Translations under genes and position numbers: made by a program
Part shown: in pieces, positions 1 through 8,458 of the stretch
How the letters are laid out: the number at the start of each line of letters is the position of its first letter
How positions within the stretch are numbered: the first letter of the stretch is position 1
Notes under the pieces: generated by a model
What the model was told of the DNA's origin: nothing
What the model saw: only the letters and a program-made list of their open reading frames with translations
The model's database searches: none
Assembly (NCBI GenBank): GCA_041662225.1
Contig: JBAZSX010000007.1
Location: 30,958 to 94,957 of the forward strand
Source: Sulfurimonas sp.
GTDB taxonomy: Bacteria; Campylobacterota; Campylobacteria; Campylobacterales; Sulfurimonadaceae
Length of the DNA stretch: 64,000 nt
Direction: 5' to 3'

Positions 1-1
1 T

Positions 2-1330
2 ACGAAAGAGTTCAAAGATGTTGTTCTTGGCATGAACAATATGGTTTCAAAAGTAAAAGCTATGTTTGACAAAGGAAATGAGGAGCTAAAACGACAAAAA
101 GAGTTGGAGTACATAGACCCGACAACAAAACTTAGAAATCGTAAATACCTCATTGATAAACTGCCTGAGTATCTTAAAATTGATGCAAGCTCCAAGGGTG
201 GTATCAATATGATGATAGCTTTTAGCGGAGTAATCGAAGCAAATGAGAAGATAGGCTTTCGTGATGTCGATAAACTTTTTATTGATATTGCCAATGTATT
301 TAAAAGTTATACAGATAAATATGAACACTCAATAGTCTCAAGAATGAATGGCACGGAGTTTTCTATTTTGCTTCCTGATTGTAATGATGCAGATGGTTTA
401 GTACTTGCTAAGAATATCTATAAATCGGTTAGTAACCTTATTATGTCAAGTGGACTTGACTTGAATGCAACTTATATCTCCCTTGGACTTTATGAGTACA
501 ACTACACGCAAAATATCGGTCAACTCCTCTCTCTCTCGGATAATGCTCTGTCTCAAGCTAAATTTAATGACACGCATATACACCTAGAGAGAGCGGAGAG
601 TGCAATTGAAGTTATGGGTAAAGATGCTTGGAGAGGCATTATAAATGAAGCATTGAATTCAAACAGTTTTAATTTTGTCTCATGGACGGCAGTGGATGCA
701 AAAGCAAAAAAAGTAGCACATCATGCACTGAGTTTGAACCTTAAAGACAAAGATGGCAAAACATACTACTATGGTCAATTTATGGCACCGGCAAATCAGG
801 CAGGTATTAGTTCACAAATCTATAAAAATGTTATAAATATGATGTTTAAAACTCCGGATAGCAATCTAAAAGGTTTAACCTGTTCTTTGAGACTCTCTTT
901 TGAGTATTTGGATATGAAAGAGACCTACCATGAGCTTAGTAACCTCTTTAGAGAATATGCAAAACATCTTCCGTTTAAGCTGATTATGGAGATACCCGAT
1001 AGACTTGTTCGTAAAAATTCTGAGCAGATTAAACAGTATAAAGCTCTTTTTGAGAAATACAATATTGAGATGGGAATTTATGAGTTTATCGGCGAGAGTT
1101 CAGATTATCAATATCTGCAAGATTTAAGACCTGCCTATATCAAAGGCGAAACAAGCTACTTCTTAAGCCAAAGCGAGCAAGCTCTATCTGCTCTTAGACT
1201 AATAACGGACACAATAGGCATCTCACTCATTGCAACAGGAGTAATGGATTTAGAGACACTAGGCAAGCTTGAAGCAAAAGATATATTTGTTATTCAGGGT
1301 CGAGCTACGGAGATGATTGAGTTGAATTAA
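2..1330 (+). CDS. LapD-like degenerate GGDEF + EAL domain protein, 5'-truncated by the window edge
   Basis: Frame is open from base 2. End of a HAMP helix, then D-P-T-T-K-L-R-N-R, degenerate GGDEF (SRMNGTEF) and a degenerate EAL domain (YIK, LIATGV, IQG motifs). Confidence 0.75.
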   Translation, partial: TKEFKDVVLGMNNMVSKVKAMFDKGNEELKRQKELEYIDPTTKLRNRKYLIDKLPEYLKIDASSKGGINMMIAFSGVIEANEKIGFRDVDKLFIDIANVFKSYTDKYEHSIVSRMNGTEFSILLPDCNDADGLVLAKNIYKSVSNLIMSSGLDLNATYISLGLYEYNYTQNIGQLLSLSDNALSQAKFNDTHIHLERAESAIEVMGKDAWRGIINEALNSNSFNFVSWTAVDAKAKKVAHHALSLNLKDKDGKTYYYGQFMAPANQAGISSQIYKNVINMMFKTPDSNLKGLTCSLRLSFEYLDMKETYHELSNLFREYAKHLPFKLIMEIPDRLVRKNSEQIKQYKALFEKYNIEMGIYEFIGESSDYQYLQDLRPAYIKGETSYFLSQSEQALSALRLITDTIGISLIATGVMDLETLGKLEAKDIFVIQGRATEMIELN

Positions 1331-1350
1331 AATATGAACTATGTACTAGG

Positions 1351-1367
1351 CTCCTCTGGAGTTTAGA
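1351..1367. repeat. att core, left copy (integrase-proximal)
   Basis: CTCCTCTGGAGTTTAGA, identical to 5997-6013, 31 bp beyond the integrase stop. Confidence 0.9.
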
Positions 1368-1398
1368 TAAATGGTCGTTAGCGCCGTAAATTAGGGCG

Positions 1399-2499
1399 TT
1401 AGACCCGCTTCATATTTTCCATTGTAACCGTATCGTCACAGTAAAGAGAAAAATTAAGCCCTAAATTTATTTTGTCACCATCAATTACACTTGCATAATA
1501 TTCTAGTGTTGTACTAGCTTTATTATGACCGAGCAAGCCAGCTAATTCATTTATACTCACTATCTTACCTTGAAGCATTAAAGTTGCAAAAGTATGACGG
1601 GTTGAATACATTCTGTATCTTGGCACACCACTATCTTTTACAACATTATTCCATTTTCGTTTTAGCTTGTCAGCATCGTCAATATCTCCAAAAATAAAGA
1701 TATTATTTGTCTGTATCTTTTTTACTTCATCTAAAATCAATTTAGAGTAAGGAACTTTTCTAACTGCATTAACTGTTTTTCCGTTTCCTATAATGCCTTT
1801 ACTTCTAGTTCTTTTAATATGAATATACCCATCATCTTTAAAATCACCGATTTGAAGTCCTAAAATTTCACCGACTCTCATTCCCGTATTGAATGCAATC
1901 TCTAAATATGCTTTCATAATACCAGAGGCTACACCTAAAAGCTTTCTTACCTCTTCTTTGGTGTAATATTCAATTTCCTCTTTAGCTTCTTTTTTGAGCT
2001 TTATATTGAGTGCTGGATTGAAATCTATTACTGCATCGTCAACTGCCAATTCAAAAATCTCATTGACACAACTTTTATAAACTTTTAGTGATGATGCTTT
2101 CATATCTAACGAAATCAAATATCTCTTAATGTCTAGTCTGGTTATTGCGTCAATATTACGACCGTTAAAAAACTGAATGACTCGTAAAAAATATTCTTTC
2201 TTTACTAAGTAACTCCGATTTTTATCTTTTTGTTCTAAAAATATACCACCGTAATACTCGAAAGTTTTAGGTTTTTTCTTGTATATTTCACCTGTTGCAA
2301 TTTTCATATCAAGAGCTGGTATAATCTTGTCTTTCACTATTTTTATGTTTTGAGGTGTGTCTTTTAACTTAGTGGACTTTTGTTTTCTCACACCATCAAC
2401 ATAATAATTAAGCCATATTACAGAGCCTCTTAAAAAATATGTTGTCATTCCTTTGTTACCTTTTTTAGTGGTAACAGCCTTACTATGAAACAAAATCAT
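1399..2499 (-). CDS. Tyrosine recombinase / phage-type integrase (likely start 2448, MTTYFL)
   Basis: Catalytic motifs NTGMRxGE, YSTRHTFAT, LLGH and TTLEYY; N-terminal arm-binding-like domain; AAAGGA RBS before 2448. Confidence 0.92.
   Translation of the reverse strand: MILFHSKAVTTKKGNKGMTTYFLRGSVIWLNYYVDGVRKQKSTKLKDTPQNIKIVKDKIIPALDMKIATGEIYKKKPKTFEYYGGIFLEQKDKNRSYLVKKEYFLRVIQFFNGRNIDAITRLDIKRYLISLDMKASSLKVYKSCVNEIFELAVDDAVIDFNPALNIKLKKEAKEEIEYYTKEEVRKLLGVASGIMKAYLEIAFNTGMRVGEILGLQIGDFKDDGYIHIKRTRSKGIIGNGKTVNAVRKVPYSKLILDEVKKIQTNNIFIFGDIDDADKLKRKWNNVVKDSGVPRYRMYSTRHTFATLMLQGKIVSINELAGLLGHNKASTTLEYYASVIDGDKINLGLNFSLYCDDTVTMENMKRV
1423..1445. repeat. Putative integrase arm-type site, left
   Basis: TGTAACCGTATCGTCACAGTAAA matches 5906-5928 at 20/23 positions. 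Confidence 0.6.
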
Positions 2500-2505
2500 A
2501 CCTTT

Positions 2506-2715
2506 TTATATTAAAAATTTATCTAAGTCGATTTCGTCAGAAATTGAATTGATAGGCTTAATGCTATTATTGAACTCTTCTACATCAATATAAATTCTTT
2601 TATATCCATTTATTTTATGAGCTGTAAGGTCTTTGTTTCTTATCATACCTCTGATGTATGAAATATCAATACCCATATCTTCGGCGACTTTTTGAATAGT
2701 TTGAAATTTATTCAT
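2506..2715 (-). CDS. Excisionase-like winged-HTH protein
   Basis: TIQKVAEDMGID..YIRGMIRNKDL resembles Xis/MerR-type HTH; lies immediately upstream of the integrase. Confidence 0.7.
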   Translation of the reverse strand: MNKFQTIQKVAEDMGIDISYIRGMIRNKDLTAHKINGYKRIYIDVEEFNNSIKPINSISDEIDLDKFLI

Positions 2716-2716
2716 T

Positions 2717-4117
2717 TTAAAATACCTCGCATGCTTCGTTAATATCTGTAAGTTTCAACCGCTCACCCACAATCAAACCTCTGTCAATCATTTCATTCGT
2801 AGCGATTACATAGTGAGCAGGGTTCACAATTGCTATATCTATACTTTCAAAATAGCTGTTAAGCTGATAGTTTTTCATCTGATAGGGTTGTGTAGTGACT
2901 TTTTGCAGTATGTCTTGAAACGGAACAGCCTCTTTGCCTTGTTCTAAGAGCTTTTGATTTTCATAGTTGTGTTTTTTTATAGAAAAATTATAAGTGATGA
3001 ACTCTTCACCGTCAATTTCGACATTGATATAGTGCGGGGTTTCATCTTTATAGATAGACTCAAATCCGCTATCTAACTGCACTTTGCCATCTTCCCCGAC
3101 TCTGTCAGCTTCATCTAGTTTTTGCGACCAATTCACGGGTTTAGGTATGTAAATAGTGCCGTATTCATTTTCTATCATAGCTATTTTTTTAGTATCGGAA
3201 TAAACATATACGCATACTTCATTCAAATCATATTTTTCAGTCAGTTTTTGGAGCGTGTACATACCATTTAATCGTCTATACACTTCAAGAGCTACAAAAG
3301 TGCGTGAAGTATAAAACCTTGAAATGCCGTGATACAGATACCATAGAGTAAGATTTGATATATCGCTATTTTCGTCTCTTAAATCGTCTAAAGTTTTTAA
3401 TACATATTTCATCAAATAAGCTACGGGGCTATCTATATCCGTTTCAATTTTACTTTGCGGAGCAGGGAACAATCTATTAAGAGCTGCAACAATTTTATCT
3501 TTCATATCAGATGGGATAAATAAACTCATGTGGATATGAGGTGTACCGTCTTGATGTGGTTCAGTAACTCGAAAATAACATCTATCATCCTTATTGATGT
3601 TTTTGTAAGCCCTATCATCGAAAAACTTTTTTAATAGCTTAGAAAGCTCTATAGAAGCATTGTGCGGAGTGTATTTGTCTATTGTTTCACTAAAATCTAG
3701 TACAGCTTCAAAATCAAGTCCGTTAAACTTTTGCGTTACATGACAATTAAAAAATTTGTATTTCTTTTTATCAATAGGACTTTTTAAAGTAGTGATATAT
3801 GTACGACCAGAAAACTTTTTATTGTTAATGAGTTTATCTTTAAAAGACTTCTTTTTATGCCAATGAGAGGGAAGCGTCAGAGTGAGAAACACATTAGATA
3901 AGTCTTTTGACTTCGCATAATTGTAAACACTCCAAGCACGGTGCTGTAACTCTGCTATATATCTATCACTGTTCATATAGCTGTTTTGAACGAAATCAGC
4001 GAAAGGCACTATTTTGTTATCAACTTGCACACCGTTGGAGTTCATGAACTGTCTATTAAATTTTAATTTGTCATGAGCTTTTTTAATTTGATACTTTGTT
4101 AAACCGTATGTTTTCAT
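2717..4117 (-). CDS. HUH rolling-circle replication endonuclease, P2 gpA-like
   Basis: FLTLTLPSHWH, RVTEPHQDGTPHIH (HUH motif) and AYLMKYVLK (YxxxY), as in the P2 gene A family. Confidence 0.85.
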   Translation of the reverse strand: MKTYGLTKYQIKKAHDKLKFNRQFMNSNGVQVDNKIVPFADFVQNSYMNSDRYIAELQHRAWSVYNYAKSKDLSNVFLTLTLPSHWHKKKSFKDKLINNKKFSGRTYITTLKSPIDKKKYKFFNCHVTQKFNGLDFEAVLDFSETIDKYTPHNASIELSKLLKKFFDDRAYKNINKDDRCYFRVTEPHQDGTPHIHMSLFIPSDMKDKIVAALNRLFPAPQSKIETDIDSPVAYLMKYVLKTLDDLRDENSDISNLTLWYLYHGISRFYTSRTFVALEVYRRLNGMYTLQKLTEKYDLNEVCVYVYSDTKKIAMIENEYGTIYIPKPVNWSQKLDEADRVGEDGKVQLDSGFESIYKDETPHYINVEIDGEEFITYNFSIKKHNYENQKLLEQGKEAVPFQDILQKVTTQPYQMKNYQLNSYFESIDIAIVNPAHYVIATNEMIDRGLIVGERLKLTDINEACEVF

Positions 4118-4305
4118 TTTGTGACCTTTTCATCCATAAAAACAGATTTTAAAGATTCAATAATCAAAGAATTTACAGATAAATTATTTTTTTCTGCAAT
4201 ATCATAAACTACTTCTTTCAATTCCATAGGAATTCTTAAACTAATTCCATAAAGTTTTTCATTTCTTTTATTTGCTCTAAATATACTTAATTCTAATTTT
4301 GTCAT
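4114..4305 (-). CDS. Ribbon-helix-helix (Arc/CopG-like) DNA-binding protein
   Basis: GISLRIPMELKEVVYDIAEKNNLSVNSLII pattern; ATGA overlap with rep. Confidence 0.7.
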   Translation of the reverse strand: MTKLELSIFRANKRNEKLYGISLRIPMELKEVVYDIAEKNNLSVNSLIIESLKSVFMDEKVTK

Positions 4306-4434
4306 TTTGCTACTTCCTTTTTAATTTTTCTAATCGTGTCCGATAACTTTTTATAGATAGCCAAGAGGCTATCGCCTCATACTGTTTTTGTTCGGCGGAG
4401 CCTCACAAAAAAACAGTCTTCGCCTATAGCCTTA

Positions 4435-4626
4435 CTATTCATTATCATCAATTGGAGTGTAATTAAAGGAGCCTTTCAGACAATCAAGAATTAAATTGTA
4501 GTCTGTAAGATGTAAAGAGCCAAACGCATTTAAACCTAAGAGTAATCTATGAAATTCATCTAGTTTTCTATGCACAGTAGAGCAGTCAATTTCTGTTTTT
4601 TTAATATTTTTTTGTGTATTATTCAT
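4435..4626 (-). CDS. Small hypothetical element protein
   Basis: AAGGAAAG RBS upstream; co-oriented with the element genes; no motif recognised. Confidence 0.5.
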   Translation of the reverse strand: MNNTQKNIKKTEIDCSTVHRKLDEFHRLLLGLNAFGSLHLTDYNLILDCLKGSFNYTPIDDNE

Positions 4627-4836
4627 TGTTTCTTTCCTTATCGGCTTGAAACAGCATAGGGAGTTTTTATCTTGGCGGATGGACTCTCTATGTGTTCTTA
4701 TTGTTTAAGACTTCAAATAAAACTACTATTAATGCAAATAGTATGTGTTCATACTCTATCATCTAACTTTTTTTAAGACACGTAAAAACTTATGGGTGAT
4801 TTAGAAATGACATTAATTTACCTTTAACTGAGATTT

Positions 4837-5184
4837 TCATATAAATCTCCTTACTTGGTGAAATAAATTCATATATAAATCATAAGTGGCTTTCATTTTT
4901 TCTAATCTTTTATCATCGCCCTCATCAATTAATTCAAAATTGCTTATTTTATGACTAAGTTGACCTATTTCTTGCACAAGTAAATTATCTATTTGCTTTA
5001 ATAAATTACCGCAACTATCGTCCAACATTAATTCTATACACGAAGTAATCAATGCATTCATAGAAACATCTTCCTGCTCAGAAAATAATTGAAGCCTATC
5101 TTTTAAATTTTTAGGAATTTTTAAACTAATTCCAACTTTTTCCTCGTCTTGACCTTTTGCTAATTCAACAGCTTTTTTTCTCAT
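4837..5184 (-). CDS. Ribbon-helix-helix protein with C-terminal extension
   Basis: GISLKIPKNLKDRLQLFSEQEDVSMNALI; AAGGA RBS; similar to 4114-4305. Confidence 0.7.
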   Translation of the reverse strand: MRKKAVELAKGQDEEKVGISLKIPKNLKDRLQLFSEQEDVSMNALITSCIELMLDDSCGNLLKQIDNLLVQEIGQLSHKISNFELIDEGDDKRLEKMKATYDLYMNLFHQVRRFI

Positions 5185-5409
5185 TTTTTAATCCTTTTAT
5201 TCGGGATGTTAAAATGATAGCTTATAATAATATCATTGTCAACTACTATTATAAAAGATGTAGAGTTAGTATGTATTTTGAAGACTAACGCCTCGATGTA
5301 TTGTGTTCTGAAAACAACTGATAAGCTCGTTGTTATCCCTATCGTTCGTTCCTCTCTATGACGGGAGTTTATTTTTATAAATTGTGTATAATAGTTAGAA
5401 AGGAGCACT

Positions 5410-5883
5410 ATGAATTTATCAACCATCCCATCGGATAACTTATATAAGTTTATGTCTATTTTTGGTTTAGTTTTGATTGTGTCGTGTATGACTGCTTATA
5501 TGTTAGTGCATGATTCGTGGACTGAACAAACATATAAACTAGAACTAAAAATAAAAGAAATGGATGTAAAAACGAAGCACCAGAGTGATAGTATTGAATT
5601 ATTTGATATTGACTCGTGCAAAGCTAATCCTAAAGATTGTCATGACAATTTTGAAAAAATAGAAAAAACTCAAAGAGAACAGGAGATTGATAATAGTCAA
5701 CTTATTGTTCTAAATAAATATCTTAATGAAAGATTAAAAGAAATCACCAGTTATTCTTATGCTCTCTTTTTTTTAACTTTGTTTGGATTTTTGATATCTA
5801 CAGTAGGATTCATTCTATGGTATTATAAATTGCAAATCTATCAAGATGCACTGATTATTAAAGAATATAAGAAACAAACATAA
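5410..5883 (+). CDS. Two-TM membrane cargo protein of unknown function
   Basis: AAGGAG RBS; hydrophobic segments near both termini around a charged helical loop containing CKANPKDC. Confidence 0.75.
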   Translation: MNLSTIPSDNLYKFMSIFGLVLIVSCMTAYMLVHDSWTEQTYKLELKIKEMDVKTKHQSDSIELFDIDSCKANPKDCHDNFEKIEKTQREQEIDNSQLIVLNKYLNERLKEITSYSYALFFLTLFGFLISTVGFILWYYKLQIYQDALIIKEYKKQT

Positions 5884-5905
5884 CATAATTAGATGTAGAT
5901 AAAAA

Positions 5906-5928
5906 TGTAACCGTAGTGTCACCGTAAA
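5906..5928. repeat. Putative integrase arm-type site, right
   Basis: TGTAACCGTAG-TGTCACCGTAA tandem 11-bp units; matches 1423-1445. Confidence 0.6.
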
Positions 5929-5991
5929 ACAGCTATATTCATAGTAAAACTGTTACATTATACCCCTAAAAGCCCTTGTTTGTGGGGTTTT

Positions 5992-6408
5992 TCAAACTCC
6001 TCTGGAGTTTAGACCTTTTATCAGAGCTCCTTCAATTTCAGTTGTATAGTCAGGATTTAACTTTCTTAGCTCTTTTTCAAAATTTATAATTAAATCTTTG
6101 TTTGTGTTTGGATGAAGACAGATACTAAAAATTATTTCCAAGTAAGTGTCAAAATTATGATAAGTTTTAACTTCTCCCTTCCCATCAATTGCTCCGTAAT
6201 GCTGTATGACTAAATCAAGAGCCTCTTTGAGTCCTTTAGAGGTTGTATTTTCATCTTTTATAATTGCTTTTAAAGATTGTAAATCCGCTTTTGGTTCTTC
6301 CTTATTAATCTGCACATTCTTACTTCTAATAGACACAAGCCAAAAAATCAATAAACCCAAAACAACTGTTAGACCAAAACCTACCTCAAGAAGAAAGACA
6401 ATATCCAT
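5992..6408 (-). CDS. Small single-TM hypothetical protein; integration target
   Basis: N-terminal TM helix followed by a helical domain; its last codons carry the att core. Confidence 0.8.
   Translation of the reverse strand: MDIVFLLEVGFGLTVVLGLLIFWLVSIRSKNVQINKEEPKADLQSLKAIIKDENTTSKGLKEALDLVIQHYGAIDGKGEVKTYHNFDTYLEIIFSICLHPNTNKDLIINFEKELRKLNPDYTTEIEGALIKGLNSRGV
5997..6013. repeat. att core, right copy (inside the 3' end of the host gene)
   Basis: Identical to 1351-1367; encodes LNSRG of ORF 5992-6408. Confidence 0.9.
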
Positions 6409-6416
6409 AATTTTTC

Positions 6417-8066
6417 CTATACATTAAATCTATCAATTTTTTCACTCAATATTTGGGCATCCTGACTAAGAGAATTTGCTAAATCCATCAATTCATCAAT
6501 AGTTTTTGAACTTCCCTCAACCACACACTGAACATCAGAAGTGCTTTCATTAATATCTTCTATATCCAAACATATTTTAGAATTTTTTTCTAATAATATA
6601 TTTGTGTACTCTTTCGTTGTCTGCAGTTTTTTAGCAGCCTCAGTAATGAGTGATTTCACTTCATCGCTATGCTCATTTAATTCATTTAGAGAGTTAGATT
6701 GCTCTTTAATACTGTCAACTGCCTCAACCGCGGTTTGTGAGAGCACCCTAAATGTTGCATCGCTCTCTGTCAGAGACTTCTGAGTTTTCTCGGCTAGTTT
6801 TCTTACCTCGTCGGCGACGACTGCAAATCCTCTCCCATGCTCACCGGCACGGGCGGCTTCAATAGCCGCGTTCAATGCCAAAAGATTTGTCTGCTGAGCA
6901 ATGTCAGATATGATTGTCAAAATATGCTGAACATCCCCGATGGTTTGATTAAGATGACCAATACGCTCTACAGTTTCTTCTCCTCTTTCAACATTCTTCT
7001 TAATCTCTGAAATCATACCTTCAATCTTATCTTGCGCATTACTCAGCGAACTATCGGCTTCATTGATCCTATCTACAGATTCATTGTTGATTTGGTTAGA
7101 CTCTTTCATAATATTTTCTATTTTTGCAGAATTGTTCATCATGTCACGCAGAAGGTTACACCCCTTAGATATCTCATTTTTTTGTGAAACAGTCATTTTG
7201 TTTATGCGAAGTGCTACATCTTTATTGGTCGCTACGGCATGTTTTGTATCGCGAATAAAACTTGCGGAGTCTTCTATAAACTCATTTATGTATTTTGCGA
7301 TAAGACCAATCTCATCGTTATATTTGATTGTAAGTCTCTTCGAAAAATCCCCTTTCATTAAAGAGAGCTCATTCACAATCCTCTCTACCTGAGAGCCGAC
7401 GAGTACCTTCATGCCAAAATATACGGCAAGCTGGATAACCAGCTGAAGAGTAACCACTCCAATCCACATAAACAGTGTTTGGCTCTTAATTTTTTCTATC
7501 TCCGGGAGTATGTCAATGTAAACCGTAGCACCGCCAAGAACCGTTCCCTCCGGAACATTATGACATGTGAGACAATTGGTTCCCTTGTAATTTGAACTCG
7601 CAATAAACGGCATGGTAACTCTTAGAGTTTTATTATTACTTTCATCAAAATCTGTAACTATTGTTTTCGTTTCTATGCTCTTTTTGTCAAGCGCATCTCT
7701 TGATTGCTCAATCTCTAAACCTTCTCCATAGTCTGGGGTTAAATTGCTTGTTCTAAAAGCATAAAAACCTTTTACCTCATCTGTTAAAGCGGTTTTTTCA
7801 TAAAAAAGCTTTCTGTTTTCTGCATCCGATATTGCACCGGTAAGCATCATCATGTTGAGTCCATTGATGGTACTTTGAGCTATTGCAACTCCTTTTCCCT
7901 CAATAAGCTCTATTAAGTTGTCACGATTTTTATCTTGAAGCCAAAAGATAACACTGCTAAGCATAACAGATAAGATAACAAAGATTGCAATTTGCAGTTT
8001 TGTACTTATACTAAGATTTTGAAAATATTTTGGCATCGCTACTTCCGTAATATCGTTTTTTTGCAA
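6417..8066 (-). CDS. Methyl-accepting chemotaxis protein with periplasmic CxxCH heme-c motif (likely start 8036)
   Basis: Two TMs, HAMP, MCP hairpin [34 protein letters not shown]; NCLTCH between the TMs. Confidence 0.92.
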   Translation of the reverse strand: MQKNDITEVAMPKYFQNLSISTKLQIAIFVILSVMLSSVIFWLQDKNRDNLIELIEGKGVAIAQSTINGLNMMMLTGAISDAENRKLFYEKTALTDEVKGFYAFRTSNLTPDYGEGLEIEQSRDALDKKSIETKTIVTDFDESNNKTLRVTMPFIASSNYKGTNCLTCHNVPEGTVLGGATVYIDILPEIEKIKSQTLFMWIGVVTLQLVIQLAVYFGMKVLVGSQVERIVNELSLMKGDFSKRLTIKYNDEIGLIAKYINEFIEDSASFIRDTKHAVATNKDVALRINKMTVSQKNEISKGCNLLRDMMNNSAKIENIMKESNQINNESVDRINEADSSLSNAQDKIEGMISEIKKNVERGEETVERIGHLNQTIGDVQHILTIISDIAQQTNLLALNAAIEAARAGEHGRGFAVVADEVRKLAEKTQKSLTESDATFRVLSQTAVEAVDSIKEQSNSLNELNEHSDEVKSLITEAAKKLQTTKEYTNILLEKNSKICLDIEDINESTSDVQCVVEGSSKTIDELMDLANSLSQDAQILSEKIDRFNV

Positions 8067-8311
8067 ATAAGTATTGATTATACACTAAAATGTAAAAAGT
8101 ATGCATTGAACAATTGTATATATTATAACAACTGTCACAAAATTGTGTTGCTTAAGAGAGTTTAATTAAAGTTCTATTTATTGCTTTTATCCTGAATATC
8201 ATAAAACTAGTTCAGTAGTGTATGCATGTAGATATAAAGATTAGAAAAAATCATCACACAACTAGCAAAATTTTTTAATGTTATTACAATTATAATAAAT
8301 GTAGAATGCAT

Positions 8312-8395
8312 CTTGTTAAAATGTGCCAAACTTGTTGTGAAGCAAGGACGGAAAGCTATGGGTCTTTGATAAGAGATCGCCAGGTTGCAATATTC
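8312..8395 (+). ncRNA. c-di-GMP-I (GEMM) riboswitch
   Basis: GCCAAAC-TTGTT-GTGA-AGCAA-GGACGGAAAGC...GGGTCT...GATCGCCAGGTTGC fits the GEMM-I consensus with a GNRA loop, G20, A47, C92 and a covarying C21-G46 pair. Confidence 0.85.
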
Positions 8396-8458
8396 TTCTA
8401 ATTTGCCTTCCTAGACTCTTTATCTACAATACAACTCATTAAATTTAAAGGATTTATT

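Larger units (their letters stand above)
1351..6013. mobile_element. Integrated rolling-circle-type element (integrase, Xis-like, gpA-like Rep, 2 RHH, cargo)
   Basis: Exact 17-bp direct repeats CTCCTCTGGAGTTTAGA at 1351-1367 and 5997-6013 flank a tyrosine integrase and an HUH replicase. Confidence 0.9.

Noticed and set aside
1399-2499. Integrase as XerH/XerC or an integron integrase
   Set aside because: It has its own att repeats and Xis/Rep neighbours; no dif-like site or IntI-specific insertion was recognised.
5181-5426. 81-aa minus-strand ORF in the element
   Set aside because: Overlaps the start of the cargo gene head-to-head, has no RBS or motif, and spans the likely divergent promoter region; cannot be fully excluded.
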